Part shown: positions 23,340-34,817 of the stretch, in pieces
Numbering within the stretch: the first letter of the stretch is position 1
Layout: each line of letters starts with the position of its first letter
Assembly: GCA_029953675.1 (NCBI GenBank)
Contig: JAMWBK010000008.1
Coordinates: 930,001 to 994,000, forward strand
Direction: 5' to 3'
From: Rhodosorus marinus CCMP1338
Taxonomy: Eukaryota > Plantae > Rhodophyta
DNA: 64,000 nt
The notes under the pieces: model-generated
Told to the model about the DNA's origin: nothing
What the model saw: the letters and a program-made list of their open reading frames with translations, nothing else
Databases searched by the model: none
Made by a program: the position numbers and the translations under genes

Positions 23340-26281
23340 TTATGGAAATGTAAGTTGGACTAGAATCTCCGCCCCGGAACCCGGGATGTCCGCAGTGGTG
23401 ATAAGATTCTCGGCCCTGTCAAATGAGAGGATCTTCCCATCAACAGAGATCGACAACGGGCAACGGTCCGACCAAAGTCCAATCAGACCAGGAGCGCTCA
23501 GCGTGATAACAACCGACGTTTCATCTGAAGCGAGCCCTTCAACTACTGCACCAGCGTTCAACTTGCCAACAAGCCCGAAGATACAGAAACGAACGCCGGA
23601 TTCGAGCCTGAACACAGGCGCAATGTTAAATACTTCGTAGTCTACGAGTGGCTGCATCAGACTTACGGGACCAACTCGCTCATTCAACTCAACCAAGCCC
23701 AGAAACCCGCTTCGGAATCCATAAACACCAAACTGAGTGTGCGGAGTCTTACATTTCATCCTCAGAATACCCGAGTCTGACGGTGCTGGGTCGGCTCGGA
23801 CATTCGTGTGCGGCTCGACATTGAGATTGAACGCGCCTACCACAGAATTGATTGGGTTCTCGTTCCATATGTAAAACGCCTGGCCGGAGCCTAGCGGAAG
23901 TTCGAAAACGCTTCGTTCGCATACACGAGCTGACGCGGAACATACCAAAGTACGTCCATTCTTATCTACCAGCTGTGCCATAGTCTCCACACCATAGTCA
24001 TCATCCTCACCGTCCGAGATGTAGATTGGACCTCCACTGATTCCGCGGACGGCTGCATGAAGGCCTCCATGCCTTCCTGAGGACCGGAACATATCCCAGT
24101 CCGTTACGAAATGTTCACCAAGCCACAAACCGTTCAACGCATTGCTCCAAATGTGCCGTGCAACCATAAAATCATTCTCCTCTACCCCTCTAAACGCGTG
24201 ATCGTCCGAGGACCTCCACACAGTGGAAGATTGACACTCAGAACACGCAAACACACTATCATTCCCACAAGCCATGCAGTTGATCACATTTCCATTAAAT
24301 TCTCTTTCCGCAGTCTGCTCAACAGCCCGTCGAAAATCATACGCCTTGGCCGCCGTCGACGCACCACGACCCCCCCCTGCTTCCAAGAGCCCGAGTCCGT
24401 CTACCTTTACACCATCTATACCCATCTCGCGCAGCGCTTTATAGTACACAGCGAAAAACTCGAGCGGGTTCGACGGAACTGAGTAATTCTTCGCCCAGTA
24501 GTTGACCATTTCCACTCGGTCGTTGGTATACAAGCCGGTACTGAAGCGGCTATCGTTCTCATCAACTTTCAATCCACAGGTCTCCGAGGTTCCCTCCCAG
24601 TACCCAACGACCGTGTGCCATACTAGCACCGCTCGAATCCCAAGATCAGTCTTAAGAACCTTGCAAAGATTCTTGAGATCTCCAAACTTGTCAATCACAT
24701 CGAAATTCACCAGACGACGGTTCTCCGTGTTCTGCCAGCCGTCATCTATTACCACCCACCGCACGGGAATTCCAATATTAACTAACTTTTCAACTGTTCG
24801 CTGTACAGCATCGCTGCATACATCTGTCCCAAGCGAGTCCCAGGAGCACCATCCTAGCTCGTTCACGAAATCTGGCCTCCGATCCAAGCGTAGATGTCTT
24901 GGTCGCTTGCCCAACATCTCGGAGGCGATCTGATTCGTCAGCCGTATCGAGTAATCCAGAGAATCCCCTAGAGCCATTCCCTGCAAAGGAGCCGATTTCC
25001 ATACCTCAGTCAAAGAACCCGATCGCTGACAAAGCAACCAACATGGAGATAAGCTGAGAGAGCGATTCTAGCGACGACAAGCTGCATCCAGAGAGCGGAC
25101 GGACGAGTCACATTCCAGTGGTTGCAGTTTCCGAATTCGACTACGCATCGATGTTGCGAAAGGAGAAGGTCACCACCGGGGGCGGACCGTATCATACGAT
25201 CAACTCCGCTCTTGCGTGCTAAGCTTACCGCTATGAGAGCTGAATCTGCAAATCCGAGATCTGACGCCTCCAGTCGAACGACAAACCCGCCCGGGGTCCC
25301 ACGAAAAGAGCAGCTCGCGTTCTTCTTCGCATCCGAGATCGCCACCGCGCTGAAGAAGCGCCCATCGTCAACTTCTGCGACGAAGAAAAGAGTCTCTGGG
25401 CATATTTGCTCCGTGCTCGTCAAGTTGTTTGGATAAACCCAGAAGGGATTCTTCCGCGTAAGAGCCATAACTCGCTTGGTTTTCAAGTTCAGCGCCAGGG
25501 GAAACTCATAATACCCCTCAGATTCGCACTCGCTTCTCTCGCGAAGTGAAGTATACCAGCTTGCATCTGACGTTGTCCAGCCGCCAGAGTTCTCAGTCCA
25601 CGATGATTTGCCGTTGGTCCAACTTTCATCACGTAATTGTAGAACAAAGCTAATCCCAACAGCTCCTTGGGGAGCTTCAGCTCGTGCGAGATTGCCCGAG
25701 AATTCTGCTTGAAGGGACTTTTCACTCCTCTCCTCTGCCTTATTGTAGGCAACAATGTAATGGACGCGTTTGGGGCTCGATTCCATCCGGAAGACTACTT
25801 TGCGGGAGTATGAGAAGACCTCGAGAGTTTCATCCCCGACCGCAAAGGCCTCTGCTCTCCACTGAAATGGGGCAAAAAAGTCCTGCCCATCGCTGTCCTT
25901 TATCAGTTTAGAACCTCTCTGGAGGTGGAATATGACCCCGCCGTAATTCCTGTTCGCAGGTATTCGGGCTGTTAGCCCACCCGATCCTGAAGCCTTCTTT
26001 GGAATGCAAGCTGCAGATAAAGTAGCCCAATTCCTCTTCCCGAAATCGCTGTATGCGTAGCGTACGCTAACAGCATTCTCCCCGTCATCGCTGTTATCTT
26101 GGGTCTCCTCAAACTCTATGACGACGTTCAGCTTGTTTTCTAGCTTGAAACGGAAAAGGCCGCAATCAACCACCGCCTCTTCGTCTTCAGGAACCCTTGG
26201 CGAGTCTACTACTACCGCTCGAGCATTCTGCCCAATTCTCTCCCATTCTAGAAGAGGGCTGTTCGACTGTATCCATTCCAT
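23340..26281 (-). CDS. GH36 raffinose synthase/Sip1 alkaline alpha-galactosidase-like protein with ~260-aa N-terminal extension; one 86-nt intron joins the two ORFs
   Basis: LGWCSWDS, WVVIDDGWQ, GIDGVKVD (nucleophile), RSSDDH (acid/base), TDWDMFRS and HAAVRGISGGPIYISD. The intron gtgact...tgtcag joins ...NCNHWN to RSGSLTEV in phase 0. Confidence 0.88.
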
Positions 26282-26981
26282 CGAGTTCGTGCAGACCCTG
26301 CTCAGGACAGTTCCGAGACTGCAAGAGCAGCTGATCTTCCCGGAATGATAAGATCCCGCATTCCATGGCGATTAGAGAGTTAAAAAAACCAAGTGATCAG
26401 TCAAAACTCCACAAACACTTCTTCTTTCCAAAAAGTGAACTTGCGAGCGCCCGCAGATTGCCGCAGTACGCTGCTGGCGGTTGATCAGTTTATGGGTAGT
26501 GAAAGTTCCCGTCAAAGTCAAGTTTCTACTTGACTCCGATAGAGCTAATAATACTATATACATCATATTCAGGACGTCGTTGTCCAAAAAAGTACAAAAC
26601 CCGAAAAGACACGGCTTGGGGCATCATGACCAAAGCGAGAATCAGATGACCCCAAAATATTCTGTGATCGCCTACCTTCGAAAACCCTGGTTTTCAACCT
26701 CTTAGATCCTTCATCGATTTTTCACAAAACTGCTTCTCCAGCACTAACATGCGACCCTACCCTCTCATTCGCACCCTTCCCAAACTCACCCAAATACTGA
26801 GGACCTTTTGACTTGCACGGCCAATTCCAATCGCGAGATCTTCAATCAACTATATCCAATAAAACACAAATATTAGGAGATATGGCTTTCCGTTTTTCTA
26901 TCCCATTGGAAGATGTTCTCAATAGATTGCATTTCTAGATTTAATTGATTGAATACACCGAAATTGTCTTACATTCTTGCG

Positions 26982-27023
26982 TCTTGACCAACCCACCTGG
27001 GGTCTCGGGTGGGTTGGTCAAGA
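26982..27023. repeat. Perfect 16-bp inverted repeat with 10-nt loop
   Basis: tcttgaccaacccacc-tggggtctcg-ggtgggttggtcaaga. Confidence 0.85.
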
Positions 27024-29162
27024 AAGTTGCGGTCCAAAGTCGAAGAATCGGTGCAGGCAGCTGCGCGGTGAATTTCACGGTATCACACCTAACGTGTCCT
27101 TGTGCCGTGGTGAACCGTCTGTTTAATGTGGTCGGGTCGATCAAAAGCCCACAACCCTCTAGTGAGTCAATCGAAGACTGACCAGAAAAATCCCAGAAGG
27201 GGGAAAGCAAGACCATTCGCATAGCCCCCCCTTCACCACCGCTGAACCCCTCCGGTTCCGAGCCATCACATCAACCCAGTAAAATCCCGAGAAAGGCGTG
27301 GACCGAAAGTCTATCTCGGGATTTTTCCGTCGTTGCTAGATTCTTGCATATTTGGAAGCGGGCGAGGTGCTCCCACGACACTCTGTACACCGTAGTGGTT
27401 TTGGCTGTAATGTCTGCCAGCCTCATTTCCCAGGCTTAATCCCGGACCAGCGTAATCCCGAAACACCATGCCAATGGCTACTGCAGTTGTGGGGTTACGC
27501 TAGTCTGGGGTTAAGCGCAGAAAATGAGGGTGACGGACGTTAGAACCCAACGGTGAATGAGACGAAATTCAGTCGGAAATCGCTGGACAAAGTGAACCAC
27601 ACAATCAAGGACGCCACCGGATCTTCAGAACCTCCGAGAACAGCCATAGTGAGACCAAAAAATGCCAGTGTGCGTACGACGGTGTGCTACAAAGTAAACA
27701 CAGGATACCACAGTCTCACCTGAAGCTCATAATCGCAGCTCCCACGGGATACAAAAGACCCTATTCAGAAACAAGTACGGTTCACAGTGCAAGAACTTCT
27801 CCCCAGAATTCAAGCACAACACCAATCGGAACGAAGGAAAACCCCCCTCGCCAAGCCTTCCCCAGTGCAAAAAAAAAAAAAGCGGAAAAAAAACCATTAG
27901 CAAGTTCGGGGCAGAAAGATTCAAACCAGAGAGACGATAGCTCTTAACAATCGTACAACCAGCCCCCGCCACTGGAAATCGACTCCAAGCCTCATACGCA
28001 CGAAGGGCATCTCAAGAGTTAGGGTAGCACTTTTGCGTCCGATTAACGCGATTAGTACAATTGTACATATATTGTTTAATAAACGAAGAAAAGTCAGCCT
28101 TTTTTCCCGATGCTGCGTGTACTTACTCCCTATAGGACGTTTTATGACGGCCTATCCACAATCGATTTTCATTAGTTTTCAACCACAGCAGAATATCAGC
28201 TTGAAAAACTTCGAAAACACACCCTACAGGAATTTCGTCGAATTATCTTAAAAACAATTAGATAAATACAAAATCAAAAGAAAAATCAGAGAGATTAAAA
28301 ATACTCCCAAAAACTTTTGCAAAAAGGAAATTTCTAACGAGGAATCATGTGCTAGAACGCACTTTTCCTGATTGGCTTTCCATCGCCTTTTGCCCGAGTT
28401 CCACATCATGAAAGAAGACTCTTCTCAAAAAAAAGAAAAAAAAGGGGGCCTACCGTGTGCTGAAAGGCCGAATTCTGACAAAAGAAAACAATATTTTTGA
28501 AAGTTCTCTCTCTCCCCCCCAACGAACACCAAAGAAATGAGGAATATTTCGGCATTCGGAATCCTATATTAATAATTAATAAGTTTATTCAATATTTTAC
28601 ATTATGAGAGATTCCTTCTTTGATGCTCAATATATCCCCCTTTCTCATTTTGAGATTGTAAGTGACATCCTGAGCGTTGCCCTTTAAGGCGCAAAAACAG
28701 GTTTTCTCTTGAGGAGAAATTGGAATTTGCGTACTCTAAAATTAAGAATATCTAAGGCCAAAAAATATGGTACTAATATTATAAATATTTTATTTTATTT
28801 GAGCATAGATCTTAAATATGTCATGTTTGGAAGTATTTTCTTATATTTGGGATTCTTAAGAGGGGGGAGGGGGGGTAGCGAGAGCTGCTGGCTTTTGACG
28901 TAAACGGGACTTTGAGGCTCTACTTAGCTGAGACGTAGTGGGAAGAAGGCCTGGCAGTGTGTGGGGGAGTTCGGAGAGAAAGAGTGGATTGTGTGTGTTT
29001 TCTTGAGATTGGTGCTTCTGTGTGTTTTAGAGTGTTTGTTGTTTGTGGTCTGAGATTGGAGTGTGTTTGTGAAAGGGAGGAGCTTGTCCGTTTGGTTTGG
29101 AGGTTGTGGTGGAAGCTTTTTGTTGAAGTTTCTGTTTGTGTTTGGTATTTGTTTGATATTTG

Positions 29163-30173
29163 ATGGCGCTTGTTGGAAGTATGCAGTCGGGTGAGAGTGA
29201 GTCAAGTAGTAATAGTAGTAGTAATAGTAGTATAAGTCAACGAATGGCGCTGTGTTCTGGCGAGTATACGAAACTCATGAAGCTGGAGCACAGCGCTACT
29301 TATGTGAAGGATATCTATTCTCGCCGCCGTTACAGGTAATCTCTTGCGCTGCTATACTTTGTGTCAGCCTCTTTCTTGTTTGAAATGCTGAGGGATTTTT
29401 TTTGTTCGAATTTTCCACAGGGAGACGGTCGTGTGCTTCACGTCTTCCGGTGTAAAAACCGGATGGTGTTTTTGACGGCAGCGGGGCTGTCGTGATGCAT
29501 GGTTTTGAAGCTGGTAAGTCGTGACGAAGTAGTCGTGGTGGCTATGAAGAATAAGTGTTGACAATACTCCTTTTCATTCTTGCAGCTGAGACAAGGGCGA
29601 GCTTAATTGATGAAGGGAGAATACGTATTCATGATTTTGCGGCCAAGGTTTTTGAGGACAGGAATTCTCTTCGGGGAGGTGCATTTGTTGTAACCGAGGA
29701 CTTGAAGAGAGGAACAGTTGTGTCCAAATGGTGTCTAGTCTTGACCGAGGACCTTCACTTTATTATTGAAGGTCCGCGCATACTCTCACCGTCCTCCCGA
29801 GATACCTTAATATCGCTTTTGGACACGGCAGAAGAAATTGGCTGTCCCCGAGCGTTTGTCTGCATCGAGAAATCGCATGAGTAAGTGAAGCCCAATTCGT
29901 TTTATGCTTCTTGTGGGAATCGCTCACTAGGAGCGCGGCCGAAATGAACAGCTAGCACTTGTTGAATTGCGCTACTACTACAACATTTTTTGGCTAATTC
30001 TGGACTGTCACTTGCCGTTCGCTCGTAGGTTCATAAAGCAGCTGATTCGAGCGTTCCGCTACTACGGTTTCGAAATGTTACACCCGGAGTCGTTTGAGAG
30101 GCCGCTTGTGACAAGAATTGATGAGAATTTTGCTGTGATGGCCAGTACGGTAATCGACAGCGACTCGAATTAG
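29163..30173 (+). CDS. OAZ: Ornithine decarboxylase antizyme, 4 exons, requires a +1 ribosomal frameshift
   Basis: Exons 29163(or 29244)-29335, 29421-29513, 29586-29880, 30029-30173. ORF1 ends G-W-C-F-stop (TGA 29473-29475). The +1 frame gives DGSGAVVMHGFEA|AETRASL...SRDTLISLLDTAEEIGCPRAFVCIEKSHE|FIKQLIRAFRYYGFEMLHP, which aligns without gaps to the antizyme motif C-F-x-K-x-R-E-D-R-x-x-L-L-R-x-F-x-x-x-G-F. Confidence 0.9.
29464..29493 (+). promoter_or_regulatory. Antizyme +1 frameshift site (UGG UGU UUU UGA C) with adjacent 3' stem-loop
   Basis: tgg tgt ttt tga c, then acggcagc-ggg-gctgtcgt (29475-29493), an 8-bp stem with one G-U pair. Confidence 0.8.
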
Positions 30174-30674
30174 ATACCTCCATATGTGCATTATCATCTC
30201 CTGAGCAAGTCCGGCAGCTTTTCTGTTAGAATAAGGAGGCCAAAAGCGCGATCATCCTTGAAACGCGCAGTTGTACATCAAAAAAAGACATGTAGTACTT
30301 GTTAAAACTAAAATTTGCTTCCTAATTCTCCTAACACAGTCCAAGGAACGAATAGTGCCGACGCAAGCGGTGTTAATAGCATCACTACACATCACTACGA
30401 AGATACATTTAGTAGATTTCTGCTTCTAGCTATCTATTGAAGTCTCACAAACCAACTACAAACAGCCTCCAGAGAGGCCGAAGATGAATCAGACTAGTAC
30501 ATGGATACCCATACAGACTCTGCTGAGGAAGCTAACTCTGTGTAGTATTGGTTCAAACGGTACCTTTTTCGGGGTTTGGGAGAGACTTGGTAAGGCAAGA
30601 CCTGAAATCAGAGCAAGTACTGATGAGGTAAGGTGGTTGAACAGGAGTGGAAGAAAAGTTTCTGAAAAGAATAT

Positions 30675-31166
30675 ATGATGGATGGTGATACGGATATTGA
30701 GATTGCGGAGGTGGACGAGGCAGAACAAGGGCTTACCTCCGATGAGATGATGGAGCCGCTGCTACCTGACAAAAAAGAGGTTAAGAAGGGGAAAAGGAAG
30801 GGGAAAAAGAAGAAAAACACGATGCCACATGATATTGGGACCACGATGCAATCTGAGAGGACTTTCATGAAGTGGGTGTGGCTTGGTTTCCACATTGGAG
30901 CGATTGGTACCTTCATTCTTGCGTTTTTTGCGAAATCTCAATATCCAGTGGCTGAGGTCCTCCTCGTGCTTGCAACATGGGTAATTGCGTTTTCATTTGT
31001 CTTATTCGGAACTGTGAACTTTTACAGGAGGCGGAGGGCCTTAGCCAAGGGCCTCTCTGACCGATTTTTCTGGGATAATCGTTGGGGACCATATGCTGCG
31101 GTTGGAGCGATAGTTTTTGAGATCCTTATGGTCGTGGTATTCGCATGGTACACAGGAACTTCGTAG
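30675..31166 (+). CDS. DUF202 / VTC1-like three-helix membrane protein
   Basis: TMQSERTFMKWVWLGFHIGAIG matches the N-E-R-T-F-L-x-W DUF202 motif; acidic/basic N-terminal region followed by three hydrophobic helices. Confidence 0.75.
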   Translation: MMDGDTDIEIAEVDEAEQGLTSDEMMEPLLPDKKEVKKGKRKGKKKKNTMPHDIGTTMQSERTFMKWVWLGFHIGAIGTFILAFFAKSQYPVAEVLLVLATWVIAFSFVLFGTVNFYRRRRALAKGLSDRFFWDNRWGPYAAVGAIVFEILMVVVFAWYTGTS

Positions 31167-31676
31167 AAGCATGTTAATCTTGTCGCAGATCGTAGCTTCG
31201 TCTTCTCTCAGAAGCCGGAAGATGAAGGTACTTCTCACTGACACGCTAATGATGTACATATATGGATCTAAGACGACATGAGGAAGGTGGCCTATTACAT
31301 GAACGAAGGGTAGCTAATGATACTAGACGCGGACTGTGATCCCCACAGGCATGCTGCGCACATGGAATTCTTGAAAAACGAATTTTTTTAAAGTTGCATT
31401 GTCGTGCATCAGAATGAAGATTTTCGACGAATTGTTGCGAAAGATTCCTCTCATACCGCTTTGGCAAAAGCGGCACTTCGCTTGTTAAAAATCGGCCAAT
31501 AAAGCCCTAATATCTAACCTCCTTGGTAGCCCTTAGCATGGCAGCCAAAGATTACGCCCTTTGTCATTCCACAGGACTATACAAGTTTCCCATGGTTCTT
31601 AGAGAGTGCAACCATTTCCGAGTCCTGTACAGGTTTCACGTGTTGAGTCTGATTCTTCACGCATTTGCTCAGCGAT

Positions 31677-32998
31677 TTAGAAAATCGTGATCAACGCGAA
31701 GGATGTGTACAACAGAGCAAGCGGGTAGGCGGCAAGCCAAAACTGATCCTAGATTGCAGAGCAATGGCAGTAGCGGGTGGGGCAGAATAGCTGTTAGAGA
31801 AGCATCTAGAAGGGGAACTATTGAGCGGCCCGCCATTACCTTCATCCTCAGGCATGATACGAAAATGTTAGCCGCCGTGCTTGTACACCATAGTATGAAA
31901 ACTCCCCCAATCGAGATTCCAATGATTCCGAGAGTCCTTTTGAACAACAATCGAAACGGAATCACAACTATAAGTCACGTCCGCCATACGCAGCAAGCGT
32001 GGTTTTCTTGTAATCGTTCTCTCCACGAACTCTGAACTTACTTGAGGTCGATGACAATCGCTATCATGGCCAAGAATACCATCGGCAGGAGAGCGTATCC
32101 AAGAATACTGGAAAGGAGAATAGTAGAATGGATGTGTTAGTAAAGCTCAGTCAACGTTTCCGGCTTGGACAATCCTGCAATGAGACACACCTTGTGCTAC
32201 GGTATAAGTCGATTTGTGTTTCACACATGAAGTTAAAAATCAAGTAAATAGTAACGCAGCCGACTGTTGCGTAGCCGTAAATAACACCGAATCTCACGTC
32301 TCCCGAAAGCAGGAGCGCCAGTCCTGGTGCGCGGGAGGATGGAGAGGATGCTTAGGGACGAATGATCATTTTCTGGTTTTCGCTTTCTTCATCCTGGAGT
32401 TCGGTGGTGCGTACCGAGTAGGAGGCAGAACAAGAGCGGCCCAGACATATCAGCTTCGTCTGCAAAGTCTGCTGTATACTTTGTGAAGGGGTTGAGGACC
32501 ATTTTCGCTTTTCTCAGAATATGTTCTACGTTTACGCCGAGCTCTGGTGAAACAATCAACGAAGCACGCTTAGTTAAACCACAACGTTCGCTCGTACTAG
32601 TGTACTTGAATGATCGTGTTTACCTTCTAAGAGCGGGGGTTCGTCTTCAAAAGACACAGCCCCCATCGCAGGTGGAGGAGGTGCTTGTGGAGGAAGCTGG
32701 GGTTGCAGAAACCCCTGCTGACTCATCTAGAAACGCAAGCAAAACAACGAAACGCTCATATATTAGTAGCAACATCGTACACGCCTAATTCATCAACAAG
32801 AAACAAAATACTACTTGAAGACGTACTTGAGGCTGTCCTGTCGCATACGATGAAGGATCGTAAAACCCATCACCTGCTCGTCCCTGAGACCATAAACAAA
32901 ACCCCCCCAAAAAAGCCTTCAGTTCATCGCCTCCATTCAGACCACATCAAAAAAACAACCAACAACTCTGCCCTCACCTGCTGGAACACATTGTCCAT
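31677..32998 (-). CDS. YIP1: Yip1-domain Golgi/ER trafficking protein (YIPF5/Yip1-like), multi-exon
   Basis: Spliced exons give FEDEPPLLE|ELGVNVEHI...ADMSGPLLFCLLLG|LALLLSGDVRFGVIYG...|SILGYALLPMV...WCTSTA...FWLAAYPLALLYTSFALITIF*. Confidence 0.88.
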
Positions 32999-33941
32999 CC
33001 TCCACAAAACTGTTACAACAACGAAGTAAAACCCCACAAAAACAAACACCCCCAAATTCCAACCCTCAGCAAATCTCTCCCCTAATCAAGCAAACCAGAA
33101 AAAAAAAAACCAACCTAAAAGGCTCATATAAAACAGCTCAGTGCACTGATTCCTATCCTAAGATCGTCTTCAAAATTCATTCTACACAACAACAACCACA
33201 GTTTCAGTTTCTTCCATTGAACCAAACCTCTCTTCATACCACCACATTCACCATCTTCTTCCCCGTTCTCTTCAAATCTTTAAAAACAGCAACCCAAGCA
33301 ACAAAAAAGAATTTGTAGACTGAACGTCTATTTACTTCAATAATTTATTAAATAATATTGATATTATGATAAATTAAAGGCTATATATTCGTAAAGTTTA
33401 ATTTTACTTTTTTCGGGGTTAGTGTTTGAAAATGGATTGGTTTGTAAGTATTTTGGTAAATTTTGTTTTAAAATATGTAGTTTTATTACGGTTAGTCTGT
33501 GATTTGGTTGCGTATTGGGTGAAGGTAGAGAAAACTAACTGGTCTGAGGTGCGTTGGGTGGGGATTAGATACTGGTCTGGGTCTAGTCATCAGCGGTTTC
33601 CATGATATAGGCCATGCCATAGATGTAAAGAGTCGCTGAGGAGCGCAGACCCGCCTGTACTACCCTGCATCCGAGATTCTGCTTGCGACAGGTCTCTGAT
33701 TTTATCTCCGCGAGACTCTCGTATGGTTGCGAGCAGGTCAAAACAAGATAGGATTTGGTGTCCTGTGAACCGTTCGACGCATCTTCTTGTGCGCGGTTGC
33801 TTTTTTCGTGCGCCTGCAGTTTTCAGCCTTCTGCCTCCGTGACGTCATGTAAGATGACGGCTCTTTCCACATGCCTGACTATCTCACTTGCCTCCATGCC
33901 ACGAAATAATCAAGTCTGAAAGATTCGTGTGGAGTATGTTC

Positions 33942-34817
33942 CTAATCAAGCAAGTCCGGCGGTCTATCTTCGTAATTTTCCACCACAAACTCTTTAAGCG
34001 CTCTCAAGCCTCGACTCAGTTCCACCTCAGCGAAGTGGAGTCGTTGCATGGAGCTAATATTCCGCAGCTGCATAACCTTGTCATCAGGCTGTAGTGCAAG
34101 GGCACGAAGGAGAGCAAAGGACAGTATCTCCTCCTTGGAAAGCATGGTGTCCCCCGATTTCTTAGCTACATCCCGATATGCTCGAACCTGCCGTGTAAAT
34201 CCGCGAACCATGTCGAGTGATGATGACACATCTGAAAGGACATTCAAGTGTCCCTCAAGAAAGAGATCAATCTTCTCGATATTGTCCATGACACGATTGA
34301 CCTCTCTGACCGCCATCAACAATTCTAGCTCTTCATTGATGCCCTCCGTTCTCAGGTCTTCCACAAGCTCCACCACGGCTATCGGCATTGGCGATTCAAA
34401 TAGCCTCTGGTGGACGACAAGTCTCTGTGAAGCAACGCACTTAAGCTGAGGTTGGTCTGTAAAACCCCAGTTTTCCTCCTGAACCTTGATCACAACTCCA
34501 TCCGTAGAGTCCATTCTCAATGCTCCCAAAGACTTGTGATCAGAGTTCATCACCATCTCACAAACCTCGCCATCCACCATCACATTAACCGTGTCCGTCG
34601 GCACGAGCACTCTACTATTGTTCGCTGTCACTAACGGCAGTACCAATCTACCAAGCTCGCGATGTTCAGCAATCTCCTCCAGCTCAGCCGGTCCTAGCTG
34701 CTTCGATAGTCGGTTCCAATCATATTCAAGCTTCGCTCGCCGTCGACTTCTGTCACTCGCTGATCGTTGTGCTCTCTTCCCACCACCGATCCGAAAAGAG
34801 TGTATGAATGTAGTCAT
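33942..34817 (-). CDS. Lon protease N-terminal (substrate-binding)-like domain protein, probably organellar
   Basis: 291-aa single ORF: LVLPL...VLVPTDTVNV, LKCVASQRL, PIAVVELVED, LSFALL...QLRNISSMQRL, as in stand-alone Lon-N proteins; basic Ser/Arg-rich N-terminus. Confidence 0.6.
   Translation of the reverse strand: MTTFIHSFRIGGGKRAQRSASDRSRRRAKLEYDWNRLSKQLGPAELEEIAEHRELGRLVLPLVTANNSRVLVPTDTVNVMVDGEVCEMVMNSDHKSLGALRMDSTDGVVIKVQEENWGFTDQPQLKCVASQRLVVHQRLFESPMPIAVVELVEDLRTEGINEELELLMAVREVNRVMDNIEKIDLFLEGHLNVLSDVSSSLDMVRGFTRQVRAYRDVAKKSGDTMLSKEEILSFALLRALALQPDDKVMQLRNISSMQRLHFAEVELSRGLRALKEFVVENYEDRPPDLLD

Noticed and set aside
25010-25120. Second programmed frameshift or pseudogene in the GH36 gene (two overlapping ORFs)
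   Set aside because: An 86-nt GT..AG intron joins the ORFs cleanly in phase 0.
27281-27580. SRP RNA or RNase P/MRP RNA
   Set aside because: The gaccgaaagtc loop lacks the following AGCA bulge of SRP helix 8, and no matching P4 (CR-I/CR-V) pair was found.
17149-31166. Phosphate/polyphosphate gene cluster (SPX-SLC13 with VTC1-like)
   Set aside because: The genes are 10 kb apart with unrelated genes between; chance proximity in a compact genome is enough.
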